A stretch of 58,071 bases of DNA from a virus (taxonomy: Duplodnaviria; Caudoviricetes), in IMG/VR virus record IMGVR_UViG_3300040946_000134, positions 1-58,071 of that record; one strand, given 5' to 3'. Within the stretch, counting starts at the first letter, position 1. Each line of letters opens with the position of its first letter. The notes beneath the pieces are model-generated. The model was not told the origin of the DNA and ran no database searches. It worked only from the letters and a program-made list of their open reading frames with translations. Positions 28,156-34,551 of the stretch are shown here, piece after piece. The translations under genes were made by a program, and so were the position numbers.

Positions 28156-28229
28156 TGGTTCTCACGGCCGGTAACGCTCCGGCTTCCCTTGCATGTCGAG
28201 CAAGTGCTCTGCTTCTGAGCTACGCGAGA
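28156..28229 (-). tRNA. tRNA-Val(GAC), C33
   Basis: CTTGC-TCGACAT-GCAAG, CCA. Confidence 0.8.
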
Positions 28230-28230
28230 A

Positions 28231-28304
28231 TGGCTCTCCAGGATGGTACTGCCCCACCTTCACACGGGTCAGAGCCGTGGGTAATGCTTCTATACGACTG
28301 GAGA
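28231..28304 (-). tRNA. tRNA-Gln(CTG)
   Basis: CACGG-CTCTGAC-CCGTG, U1-A72, G73, CCA. Confidence 0.85.
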
Positions 28305-28308
28305 ATAA

Positions 28309-28485
28309 TTCCCAGGTGGGATTGTATACCCACCGTGGCCGTGATAGGCGTGTTGGTGACGACGCCTCGTTACTTCTACCGTGCGGCCTAACCATACTCA
28401 TCTCGGCCGCTACACCCGCTCCGTATCGCTACACCGGGTATGCTCTCAAGGCCCTGATTAACGCCCGACCTGACGTGGCTGGAAA
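28309..28485 (-). ncRNA. Unassigned ~177-nt structured RNA inside the tRNA array
   Basis: Ends pair (TTTCCAG/CTGGGAA); internal helices GCGGCC/GGCCGC, AGGCGT/ACGCCT, GGTGGG/CCCACC; the only large non-tRNA gap in the array. Confidence 0.6.
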
Positions 28486-28560
28486 TGGCTGCTAGGGCAA
28501 GACTCGCACTTGCATAATACCGCTTAACAGGCGGGCGCACGACTATTGTGCTACCTAGCA
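28486..28560 (-). tRNA. tRNA-Asn(GTT)
   Basis: CCGC-CTGTTAA-GCGG, U1-A72, G73, CCA. Confidence 0.9.
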
Positions 28561-28564
28561 AAAG

Positions 28565-28638
28565 TGGTGGGGAATGAACGTGCTGCCCGCTCGACTCCTG
28601 AGTGTGGATCAGGTATGATTCTGTTTCAACAATCCCCC
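28565..28638 (-). tRNA. tRNA-Val(CAC), C33
   Basis: CCTGA-TCCACAC-TCAGG, CCA. Confidence 0.8.
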
Positions 28639-28639
28639 G

Positions 28640-28716
28640 TGGCGGTCCCAAGGAATGCTGCCTTCCTCTCTCCCGCGTGACGGGCGGGCGCTTTCAGCTA
28701 GGTAAGCTATGAGACC
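28640..28716 (-). tRNA. tRNA-Asp(GTC), C33
   Basis: CCCGC-CCGTCAC-GCGGG, G73, CCA. Confidence 0.85.
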
Positions 28717-28723
28717 GTGAAAG

Positions 28724-28798
28724 TGGTATAGACGGGGAGAATCGGACTCCCTTAATCTCGGTCCCAAGCCGAGCGATCAACCAATGACCCACGTCTGT
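28724..28798 (-). tRNA. tRNA-Pro(TGG)
   Basis: CTCGG-CTTGGGA-CCGAG, CCA. Confidence 0.8.
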
Positions 28799-28799
28799 G

Positions 28800-28875
28800 T
28801 GGTGGAGGCTCCCGGTGCCGCCCCGGGTTATCCGGTTCTTCAGACCGGCGCAATGACTGCACTTGCTCAACCTCC
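28800..28875 (-). tRNA. tRNA-Phe(GAA)
   Basis: CCGGT-CTGAAGA-ACCGG, CCA. Confidence 0.85.
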
Positions 28876-28882
28876 ATGAAAG

Positions 28883-28958
28883 TGGCATGCCCGGTAGGTA
28901 CTGCCCCTACATGAACCGGATTTGGAGTTCGGCGCCTTCCTTGTCGAGCCACGGGCAT
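28883..28958 (-). tRNA. tRNA-Trp(CCA)
   Basis: CCGAA-CTCCAAA-TCCGG, G73, CCA. Confidence 0.85.
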
Positions 28959-28964
28959 AAAAGA

Positions 28965-29038
28965 TGGGAGCAGGGGTGGGAGTCGCACCCACGACAGCCG
29001 CGGTTATGAGCCGAGCCAGAACGCTGGTTCTCCCTGCC
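28965..29038 (-). tRNA. tRNA-Met(CAT) (initiator vs elongator unresolved)
   Basis: CTCGG-CTCATAA-CCGCG, CCA. Confidence 0.75.
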
Positions 29039-29042
29039 AAGG

Positions 29043-29116
29043 TGGTGGTCAAGCACGGTGCTGCCCCGTAGTCTGACGGTTATCGACCGTCTGCTCTGCT
29101 GTTGAGCTACATGACC
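29043..29116 (-). tRNA. tRNA-Ile(GAT), C33
   Basis: GACGG-TCGATAA-CCGTC, CCA. Confidence 0.85.
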
Positions 29117-29117
29117 G

Positions 29118-29202
29118 TGGTCCAGGCGGTAGGACTCGCACCTACGAAGTCCGGAGACAACCGGGTTACGGCCGGTCGCGTTTGCTACTCTGCCACGCCT
29201 GG
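29118..29202 (-). tRNA. tRNA-Tyr(GTA), C33, C1-G72
   Basis: ACCGG-CCGTAAC-CCGGT, variable hairpin, acceptor CCAGGCG/CGCCTGG, A73, CCA. Confidence 0.8.
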
Positions 29203-29203
29203 A

Positions 29204-29278
29204 TGGTGCCCCAGTCCGGTAACGCTCCGGATCAGCCTGTTTGGAAGACAGGTGCGCATCTGTAAACGCTTCTGAGGC
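29204..29278 (-). tRNA. tRNA-Gly(TCC)
   Basis: CCTGT-CTTCCAA-ACAGG, A73, CCA. Confidence 0.85.
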
Positions 29279-29283
29279 GAAAT

Positions 29284-29358
29284 TGGTGGATCGTGTCGGT
29301 AACCCTCCGACTCCTCCCGGGTGCGGACCGGGTGTGCTTGTTTTACCACTAACGACCC
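29284..29358 (-). tRNA. tRNA-Ala(CGC), C33
   Basis: CCCGG-TCCGCAC-CCGGG, G3-U70 present, CCA. Confidence 0.85.
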
Positions 29359-29362
29359 AAGG

Positions 29363-29437
29363 TGGACGCGCATCCGGGTAATGCTCCCGGCCGTTCTGTT
29401 TTGCGGACAGACCCTCACTCTTGTCAGGCAATGCGCG
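29363..29437 (-). tRNA. tRNA-Cys(GCA), C33
   Basis: TCTGT-CCGCAAA-ACAGA, U73, CCA. Confidence 0.85.
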
Positions 29438-29444
29438 CTGAAAT

Positions 29445-29520
29445 TGGTGGCCCCGTCGGGTATCCCTCCCGCTTCATCTGCTTAAAAGGCAGCTGCTCAT
29501 GTGGCTAAAGCTTCGGAGCC
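29445..29520 (-). tRNA. tRNA-Lys(TTT)
   Basis: CTGC-CTTTTAA-GCAG, CCA. Confidence 0.8.
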
Positions 29521-29521
29521 G

Positions 29522-29595
29522 TGGTGCGGGCGCGGGGAGTCGCACCCCGGCCGAGTCGTTGGCAACGACCCATTCTGCTGCTGAACTACGCCCGC
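29522..29595 (-). tRNA. tRNA-Gly(GCC)
   Basis: GTCG-TTGCCAA-CGAC, A73, CCA. Confidence 0.9.
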
Positions 29596-29600
29596 GAAAA

Positions 29601-29675
29601 TGGTACCCCGTGAGAGTGCTACCCTCTCTTTTCCGGCTTGAAAGGCCAGTGAACTAGTTGGTATTCGAACGGGGC
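29601..29675 (-). tRNA. tRNA-Glu(TTC)
   Basis: GGC-CTTTCAA-GCC, CCA; first tRNA of the transcript. Confidence 0.85.
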
Positions 29676-29721
29676 TCGAAAGCCGGTTACGCCTAGCGGC
29701 GATCGGACCGGCTATCTTTGA

Positions 29722-29736
29722 TTTGCGAAAAGAACG
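29722..29736 (-). promoter_or_regulatory. boxA-like element / inverted-repeat arm B (RNA: CGUUCUUUUCGCAAA)
   Basis: GTTCTTT core resembles rrn boxA; perfectly complementary to 26596-26610. Confidence 0.6.
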
Positions 29737-29824
29737 TGACCTGGGCTCTGGTTAGGAAATCCTCCTCTGGTTTTTGAGGCGTTCGCTCGTTCGATTGAGC
29801 CGAGCTTAGAGGCTCCTGGTGATT

Positions 29825-29858
29825 AAAAAGGCCCGGGTCTTTCTGGGACCGCGGGCCT
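29825..29858 (-). terminator. Intrinsic terminator (attenuator) upstream of tRNA array
   Basis: AGGCCCG-C-GGTC-CCAGAAA-GACC-CGGGCCT followed by TTTT. Confidence 0.8.
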
Positions 29859-29894
29859 AAAGTGGGTGAACTGTTTCGCTCGCTTCAGGCGCGC
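29851..29894 (-). promoter_or_regulatory. Antiterminator hairpin overlapping the terminator 5' arm
   Basis: GCGCGCCTGAAG (29894-29883) pairs with CTTTAGGCCCGC (29862-29851) at 11 of 12 positions. Confidence 0.7.
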
Positions 29895-29905
29895 ATTCCT
29901 TTGGG

Positions 29906-29983
29906 TTAATTATCGGCCGTATGCCCTGCCCATAGGCAGCGGCTTGACCGATAACCGGATTCAATTGTGAAGGTTGGCTGCAT
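29906..29983 (-). CDS. Putative attenuator leader peptide MQPTFTIESGYRSSRCLWAGHTADN (25 aa)
   Basis: ATG ~20 nt after the -10; 25 different codons, 18 amino acids; stop 11 nt before the antiterminator. Confidence 0.7.
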   Translation of the reverse strand: MQPTFTIESGYRSSRCLWAGHTADN

Positions 29984-30003
29984 GGATTTCTGAAGAGGGG
30001 GAC

Positions 30004-30033
30004 AGTAAAAGCACTGCGACACGACCTTGTAAA
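30004..30033 (-). promoter_or_regulatory. Sigma70-like promoter for leader/tRNA array
   Basis: TTTACA-18 nt-TTTACT with upstream AAAAATAG; overlapped by direct repeat AGTGCTTT(T)AC. Confidence 0.55.
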
Positions 30034-30043
30034 GCACTATTTT

Positions 30044-30271
30044 TCAGACCAGGACCGCGATTATGTCCAGGACGGATTCCGCCCCGTCGTCCTGATAGCG
30101 CCCGTCCACGCCCCAAAGTTCCATGTACTCGATGTTGCCGGGAGGACCGCGCCAGCCCCGGTATGGGAAGACGTTGTATGGGTAGCCATCCTTGGTTGCG
30201 ATCGCATCCACCAGCGCAACCTCTCCGTTGCGGAGTCTGGCCTTGAAGGGTACTTTGGGCGGGAGGGTCAT
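30044..30271 (-). CDS. Hypothetical protein
   Basis: ATGA-coupled ORF; ARLRNG...WGVDGRY...LDII pattern common in small phage proteins. Confidence 0.6.
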   Translation of the reverse strand: MTLPPKVPFKARLRNGEVALVDAIATKDGYPYNVFPYRGWRGPPGNIEYMELWGVDGRYQDDGAESVLDIIAVLV

Positions 30272-32523
30272 TTTGTCGCAGGCTCTATCCTGACCGTGAC
30301 CTTCGGACCGACCACCGGCTCAGCGACGCAGGCCACGCTCATCTTGTTCTTGCGCTCCTCGAAGAAGGCGCGGGCCAGCTTTCTATTGTAGGCTCCGCCG
30401 GCATTCTCCTGACGGGCCACCTTCCAGTGGGAATCGTGGGGCTCGTGCCAGCAAACGTCGTCCGTGTAGGCGCGGCTCCTCCACCAGTCTTCCGGCTGGA
30501 TCGTCATGTACGAATGCGGCGCTCCGCCGTCCGCCCATTCTTCCGCGAGGGTCCGCATGCAAAGGTCCCAGGCTTCCCGGCCGGTCAGCATGTCAGGCAT
30601 CTTCTCCCGGTGCGCGGCCCACCAAGCCGGGCTCATCGCTATCACGTCCATCCCGCCATCGACCTTGCAGTTCTTCACGCTGCGGTAGGCCCTCCCAGGC
30701 TCGGGGCAGGTCAGCACGCGCCTTGGGCATATGGTAACCCCTTTTCCTCGTTCCACGCCCGCCACGAGCCTTTGCGCGGCCTCCGTGGTCAATCCTATGT
30801 CCTCATTGATGTAAACGATAATGTCTTCCGGCAAGGCTGTTTTGGCCCCGGCGTCCAGGAGATCCCGGATGTACGGCGTCCCGTGCTCGTCCCCCACGTC
30901 CCGGCCGGTCCGCGCGATCTCGGATTCGCAGACGGCCCGCTCCAGCATCTGGAATTGCCCGAAGAGGAAGCGCCAGGTCGCGTGGGCGTTCGCCATCCGC
31001 CTGCTTTCCTCTTTGTCCTTTGGCTGATATGGAGCGTGAACGAGAATCAGCTGCGGAGGCGGCGTTATCCCCTTCCGCATGATCGCTTGGGTCCGCGCCC
31101 TGTCGTAGCCACGGGTCAGCGGCCGAAGGTCCCCGGACTTCTCAGCACGGACGGTCCCGGAGCCCATGTGCGAGCCGTAGTACGACAAGAGCTTGTCCAC
31201 GTACAGCCAGGTCGGGAAGGCCTGGATGGTCCGCAGGTAAACCATGATTTCCGTCCCCAGCAGCATCCCGGGACGCTCCAGGCATTCGTTGTGGACCAAG
31301 GTCGCCGCGGCCTCCTTGCAAGCGTGGATCAGGACCGATCTGTTGAGGACCGAAACCACCGGGGAAAGAGAGAGCGTCCCGAAGCGGGCCACGAGCCCCT
31401 GGAGTTCTTTCGACTGCATGACCCGCGTCCCCCCTTGCCAGTATTCCGTTGGGCGAATGGATCCGTCCTCGTTCTTCACGTGGCCGCGCCAGGAAGCGAA
31501 CCCCACCCCGGAGTCCAGGATCGGGCTGATGATCTTGCAGTAGGTTTCCCCAAACTCTGGCAGAAGTTCGTCATCGTCGTGGAAGAGGATGATTCTCTCC
31601 GTCCGGCTGCCGTATGCAGCGAGGATCCACGTGTCGTTGCAGCCAACGTCGTGGGGAGTTCGGTTCACGTCGTAGGAAAGCCAGCCCTGCCGGTTCCAGT
31701 CTATCGTGAACTCCGTTCCCGAGCACGGGTCGGAAGCGCCTATCGAGACCCGGCGGATGCCGGCCGCTCGGATGGACTTCAGGGCGCGGTCCAGGTATTC
31801 CGGGCGTCGGTAGCTGGTTATGCACACCGTCAGGTTCTCCAGGATTGGATTGCTGACCACCTCCACCGCCTTGACCTCGCTTGCCGGCCAGTGAACGTAA
31901 AGGGAATCCGATCCCAGGTTCATCCTCTCCGCGTAGCCGTGGTCAGAGAACCACTTCTTTATATCCGTGAGAGATCCGGCCCCTTCATAGTGCCCGTGCT
32001 CGACGGTCTCGTCCGTCTCCAGGAAGATCAGTTTGGGGCGAAGGTCTCCGAGGCCCTGGAGCACCGCCAGCTCCGCGCCTTGCACGTCCACGTGCAACAG
32101 ATCAATGGACGCAATCCCCGCGCCGCAGCAGAAGGAGTCTAGCCGGACGGCTTCCACCTTGTACGGCTCCCGGAACTTAAGGTGCGGAGCGTCTTTCGCC
32201 AGCGTCTCCGTGGGCTTCAGTATGGAGCCGCTCATCCCTAGCTTCAGGTTCAGGTGCTCGTCCGAGTTGGAATGGAACTCCACTTCTCCATCTCGGTCGC
32301 AGACCGCCGCGTGGTGGACTTCTATCCCCGCCCGCGCCGCTTCTCCTGCTGCGAGGATCGCCGCGTGGTTGTCCTTGTCCGCCTCGAATGCTATGACCCG
32401 CGCCCCGGGGTGCGCCTCCTTGAACATGATCGCGTCCTTCGCGTCATAGGTCCCAACGTCCAGGATGACGGCTGGGGCTTCGCCGAGGTTGGATTCGATC
32501 CATTCAGTCTTAAGTTGGGTCAT
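30268..32523 (-). CDS. Multidomain FkbM-family methyltransferase / GT2 glycosyltransferase fusion
   Basis: VILDVG, RVIAFEA, IDLLHVDVQGAELAVLQG (FkbM); VCITSYRRPEYLDRALKSI, ILFHDDD (GT2); third GT-like domain with YINED. Confidence 0.85.
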   Translation of the reverse strand: MTQLKTEWIESNLGEAPAVILDVGTYDAKDAIMFKEAHPGARVIAFEADKDNHAAILAAGEAARAGIEVHHAAVCDRDGEVEFHSNSDEHLNLKLGMSGSILKPTETLAKDAPHLKFREPYKVEAVRLDSFCCGAGIASIDLLHVDVQGAELAVLQGLGDLRPKLIFLETDETVEHGHYEGAGSLTDIKKWFSDHGYAERMNLGSDSLYVHWPASEVKAVEVVSNPILENLTVCITSYRRPEYLDRALKSIRAAGIRRVSIGASDPCSGTEFTIDWNRQGWLSYDVNRTPHDVGCNDTWILAAYGSRTERIILFHDDDELLPEFGETYCKIISPILDSGVGFASWRGHVKNEDGSIRPTEYWQGGTRVMQSKELQGLVARFGTLSLSPVVSVLNRSVLIHACKEAAATLVHNECLERPGMLLGTEIMVYLRTIQAFPTWLYVDKLLSYYGSHMGSGTVRAEKSGDLRPLTRGYDRARTQAIMRKGITPPPQLILVHAPYQPKDKEESRRMANAHATWRFLFGQFQMLERAVCESEIARTGRDVGDEHGTPYIRDLLDAGAKTALPEDIIVYINEDIGLTTEAAQRLVAGVERGKGVTICPRRVLTCPEPGRAYRSVKNCKVDGGMDVIAMSPAWWAAHREKMPDMLTGREAWDLCMRTLAEEWADGGAPHSYMTIQPEDWWRSRAYTDDVCWHEPHDSHWKVARQENAGGAYNRKLARAFFEERKNKMSVACVAEPVVGPKVTVRIEPATK

Positions 32524-33314
32524 TTTCTAAGTCTCCAAAGCGCGTGTGGGTGATAGGAAAGCCCAATGTACTCCTCGGCCACCAGCGTGTAGTAGGCGTC
32601 CAGGAGCGGCCGGAAATTCTGGTGCGGCGTGAAGGAGTCTGCCGGGGTGTTCCAGGTGAAGTAGGCGTCGTGGTTCTTCTCCGTTCCATGGACCACGGTG
32701 AAGAGATACGGCACCTTCAGGTCCTTCAGAACGTCCAGCCAGCGGCGGATCTGCTCCAGGGAGCATTCTGACCAGGAGTGGACATTCACGGCCAGGTCGA
32801 ACTTCCGGTCCTCCGCCGTCTCCGCGAACTGGTCCAGGTCCAGGACCGATACTGATGGGGCGAAGCGGTGGCAATAATGCCGGCAGATTTGGGTCGATAT
32901 GGGAACCGGGTCCACGCAGGTGACGGTGGTCATCATTGGAGCCAGCGCAACCGCCAGCCTCCCGTACCCGGCCCCTATGTCCAGAACGTCACGGAAGCGA
33001 AGAGCGCTGGATATGTTCCTGCGAATGAAGTCGATCTCCACGCAGGAGTCCAGCCACATGCGGGTCACCTGTCCAAAGTCCTCCGTGTAAACTAAACGTG
33101 CCCCATACTCTCGGTCCCTGGTTCGTGCCGCTAGATCGTTCCAATACGGAAGCGATTTAATCCCCCTTGCAACCCTCCTGAACTCTTCTTCTGGTATGGA
33201 TTCCTGGTCCACGTAAATCTTGTCCGCGCAGAAGTTCGGGAGCGCGTCCTTCACCTTCTGTTGCCAGGTCTCCCAGAAGGAGAGTTCTCGCAAGCCTTCG
33301 AGGTCAATGGTCAT
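32520..33314 (-). CDS. Class I SAM-dependent (sugar O-) methyltransferase
   Basis: VLDIGAGYGRLA, FDLAVNVHSWSEC motifs. Confidence 0.85.
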   Translation of the reverse strand: MTIDLEGLRELSFWETWQQKVKDALPNFCADKIYVDQESIPEEEFRRVARGIKSLPYWNDLAARTRDREYGARLVYTEDFGQVTRMWLDSCVEIDFIRRNISSALRFRDVLDIGAGYGRLAVALAPMMTTVTCVDPVPISTQICRHYCHRFAPSVSVLDLDQFAETAEDRKFDLAVNVHSWSECSLEQIRRWLDVLKDLKVPYLFTVVHGTEKNHDAYFTWNTPADSFTPHQNFRPLLDAYYTLVAEEYIGLSYHPHALWRLRK

Positions 33315-34006
33315 CAGCAGAACACCCTGTCCGGGTTTCCAATCTTCTCGCAGAACCCCACGGCCAGCCGGACGTTCTCCAGCTGCTCCGCGCAGTCCTT
33401 CTCTCCTATCCACTGCGGCTTGTGTGGCTCATGCCAGCACACCCCGTCCGTCACAGCTTGTGATTTCAGAAGCGCCTCGGTGCTCCTATCTAGCGGCTCC
33501 TTTTCCGGCTTCCCGTCCGCCCATACTTGAGCGATCAGCGTGAAGATCATGTCCCAACCTCCGCGCCCAACGTACATCGGCGGCATCTTGCGGCCGGGAT
33601 TATTCCACCATTCCCGTGAACAGGCTACCAGGTCTATGCCGGCGTCCATCTCCCACGCTGAAAGGTCGTCGTACAGAACGTCCGGCCGCGGAACCACGGA
33701 TCTCCGAGGGCATACCGTGACGCCATGGCCCCTGGCTATCCCGCGGGATATCAGCTGGAGCGCGTTCTTGGTCAGCCCCGCGTCCGAATTAGCATAGGCT
33801 ATGATGTCGGTGTCATCCGCCGCGTGGCAGGCGGCGTCCAGAAGTTCCGTTATCCGCAGGTGGCGATGGGGAGGCTGCGCAAGTGGCATGAAGGCCAGCT
33901 GCGGCCCGTCGTCTGGAAGGTCCATCCATGAACGCTCCGCACGCTTCCTCCGGCGCTCATCGTCCGAGTTCTGGTATGGATAGACTGCGTGGGTCAGGTA
34001 GATCAT
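33314..34006 (-). CDS. Glycosyltransferase-like protein, paralogous to the C-terminal domain of 30268-32523
   Basis: DIIAYANSD, GVTVCPRR, GIDLVA, VCWHEPH shared with the neighbour. Confidence 0.65.
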   Translation of the reverse strand: MIYLTHAVYPYQNSDDERRRKRAERSWMDLPDDGPQLAFMPLAQPPHRHLRITELLDAACHAADDTDIIAYANSDAGLTKNALQLISRGIARGHGVTVCPRRSVVPRPDVLYDDLSAWEMDAGIDLVACSREWWNNPGRKMPPMYVGRGGWDMIFTLIAQVWADGKPEKEPLDRSTEALLKSQAVTDGVCWHEPHKPQWIGEKDCAEQLENVRLAVGFCEKIGNPDRVFC

Positions 34007-34233
34007 TGGGCCGGTGCTGGCAACTGTCCGCCGTGCTCCCGCATGAACCTAGCGTTCTTTATACGGAGCCTCCGCGCAGACTTCCCCTTGACCTTCTGGA
34101 CCGCGTTTATCCGCTGTCCATTGGGCATTAGGTAGTGCCTCTTTCCGTCGGAATACTTTAGGACCGGGATGTTCCGCGGGCCTGCGAGCTTCCGCGCTGC
34201 GGCGACGTCATGCATCTTGACTTGGATGCTCAT
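34003..34233 (-). CDS. Hypothetical protein
   Basis: Coupled ORF. Confidence 0.5.
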   Translation of the reverse strand: MSIQVKMHDVAAARKLAGPRNIPVLKYSDGKRHYLMPNGQRINAVQKVKGKSARRLRIKNARFMREHGGQLPAPAQ

Positions 34234-34436
34234 GTGATGGGGATTGGTTGCACCATCGTTTCCCTTGGAAGCGCGATAACCTCGTTGCCCATCTCGATCA
34301 GCGTTCCGGTCTCTTCATCAATAATTATACTCCGCGCCCAATTATGAGATTCCTTAAGATCGCTCGATTCTCGATGGCCGATTAAGGCAAATGCCTCCTC
34401 TTCGGTTATCTTCTGCCATGCTTTGCCGGTTCTCAT
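34230..34436 (-). CDS. Hypothetical protein
   Basis: Coupled ORF. Confidence 0.5.
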   Translation of the reverse strand: MRTGKAWQKITEEEAFALIGHRESSDLKESHNWARSIIIDEETGTLIEMGNEVIALPRETMVQPIPIT

Positions 34437-34551
34437 GGTGAGAAGTGCTTGGCTATGGACTCAAGGGCAGTGGCGATGCGCATCAGGTTTCCGAGAAACG
34501 CGATAGAGTATAACCCGATAATCGCTCCCAGGATTGTATAGATACTGACTT

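Larger units (their letters stand above)
26613..29675 (-). other. tRNA gene array: 36 tRNAs, all 20 amino acids, spacers of 1-10 nt apart from the ncRNA insert
   Basis: Hand-folded cloverleafs; 35 of 36 encode CCA. Confidence 0.95.

Noticed and set aside
28309-28485. tmRNA, SRP RNA or intron-containing tRNA
   Set aside because: Too short for tmRNA with no G3-U70/CCA end; lacks the SRP GGAA/AGCAG loop; no split anticodon arm
26612-29431. Numerous 60-170 aa ORFs in the ORF track across the tRNA region
   Set aside because: They overlap well-formed tRNA cloverleafs and have no protein motifs; shadow ORFs
26613-29675. Stop-suppressor, Sec or Pyl tRNA / alternative genetic code
   Set aside because: No CTA, TCA or TTA anticodon among the 36 loops; TGA, TAA and TAG all end genes normally, many with ATGA coupling
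30427-32142. 571-aa plus-strand ORF (also 13091-14062 and similar)
   Set aside because: Antisense to motif-bearing minus-strand genes; expected in high-GC DNA
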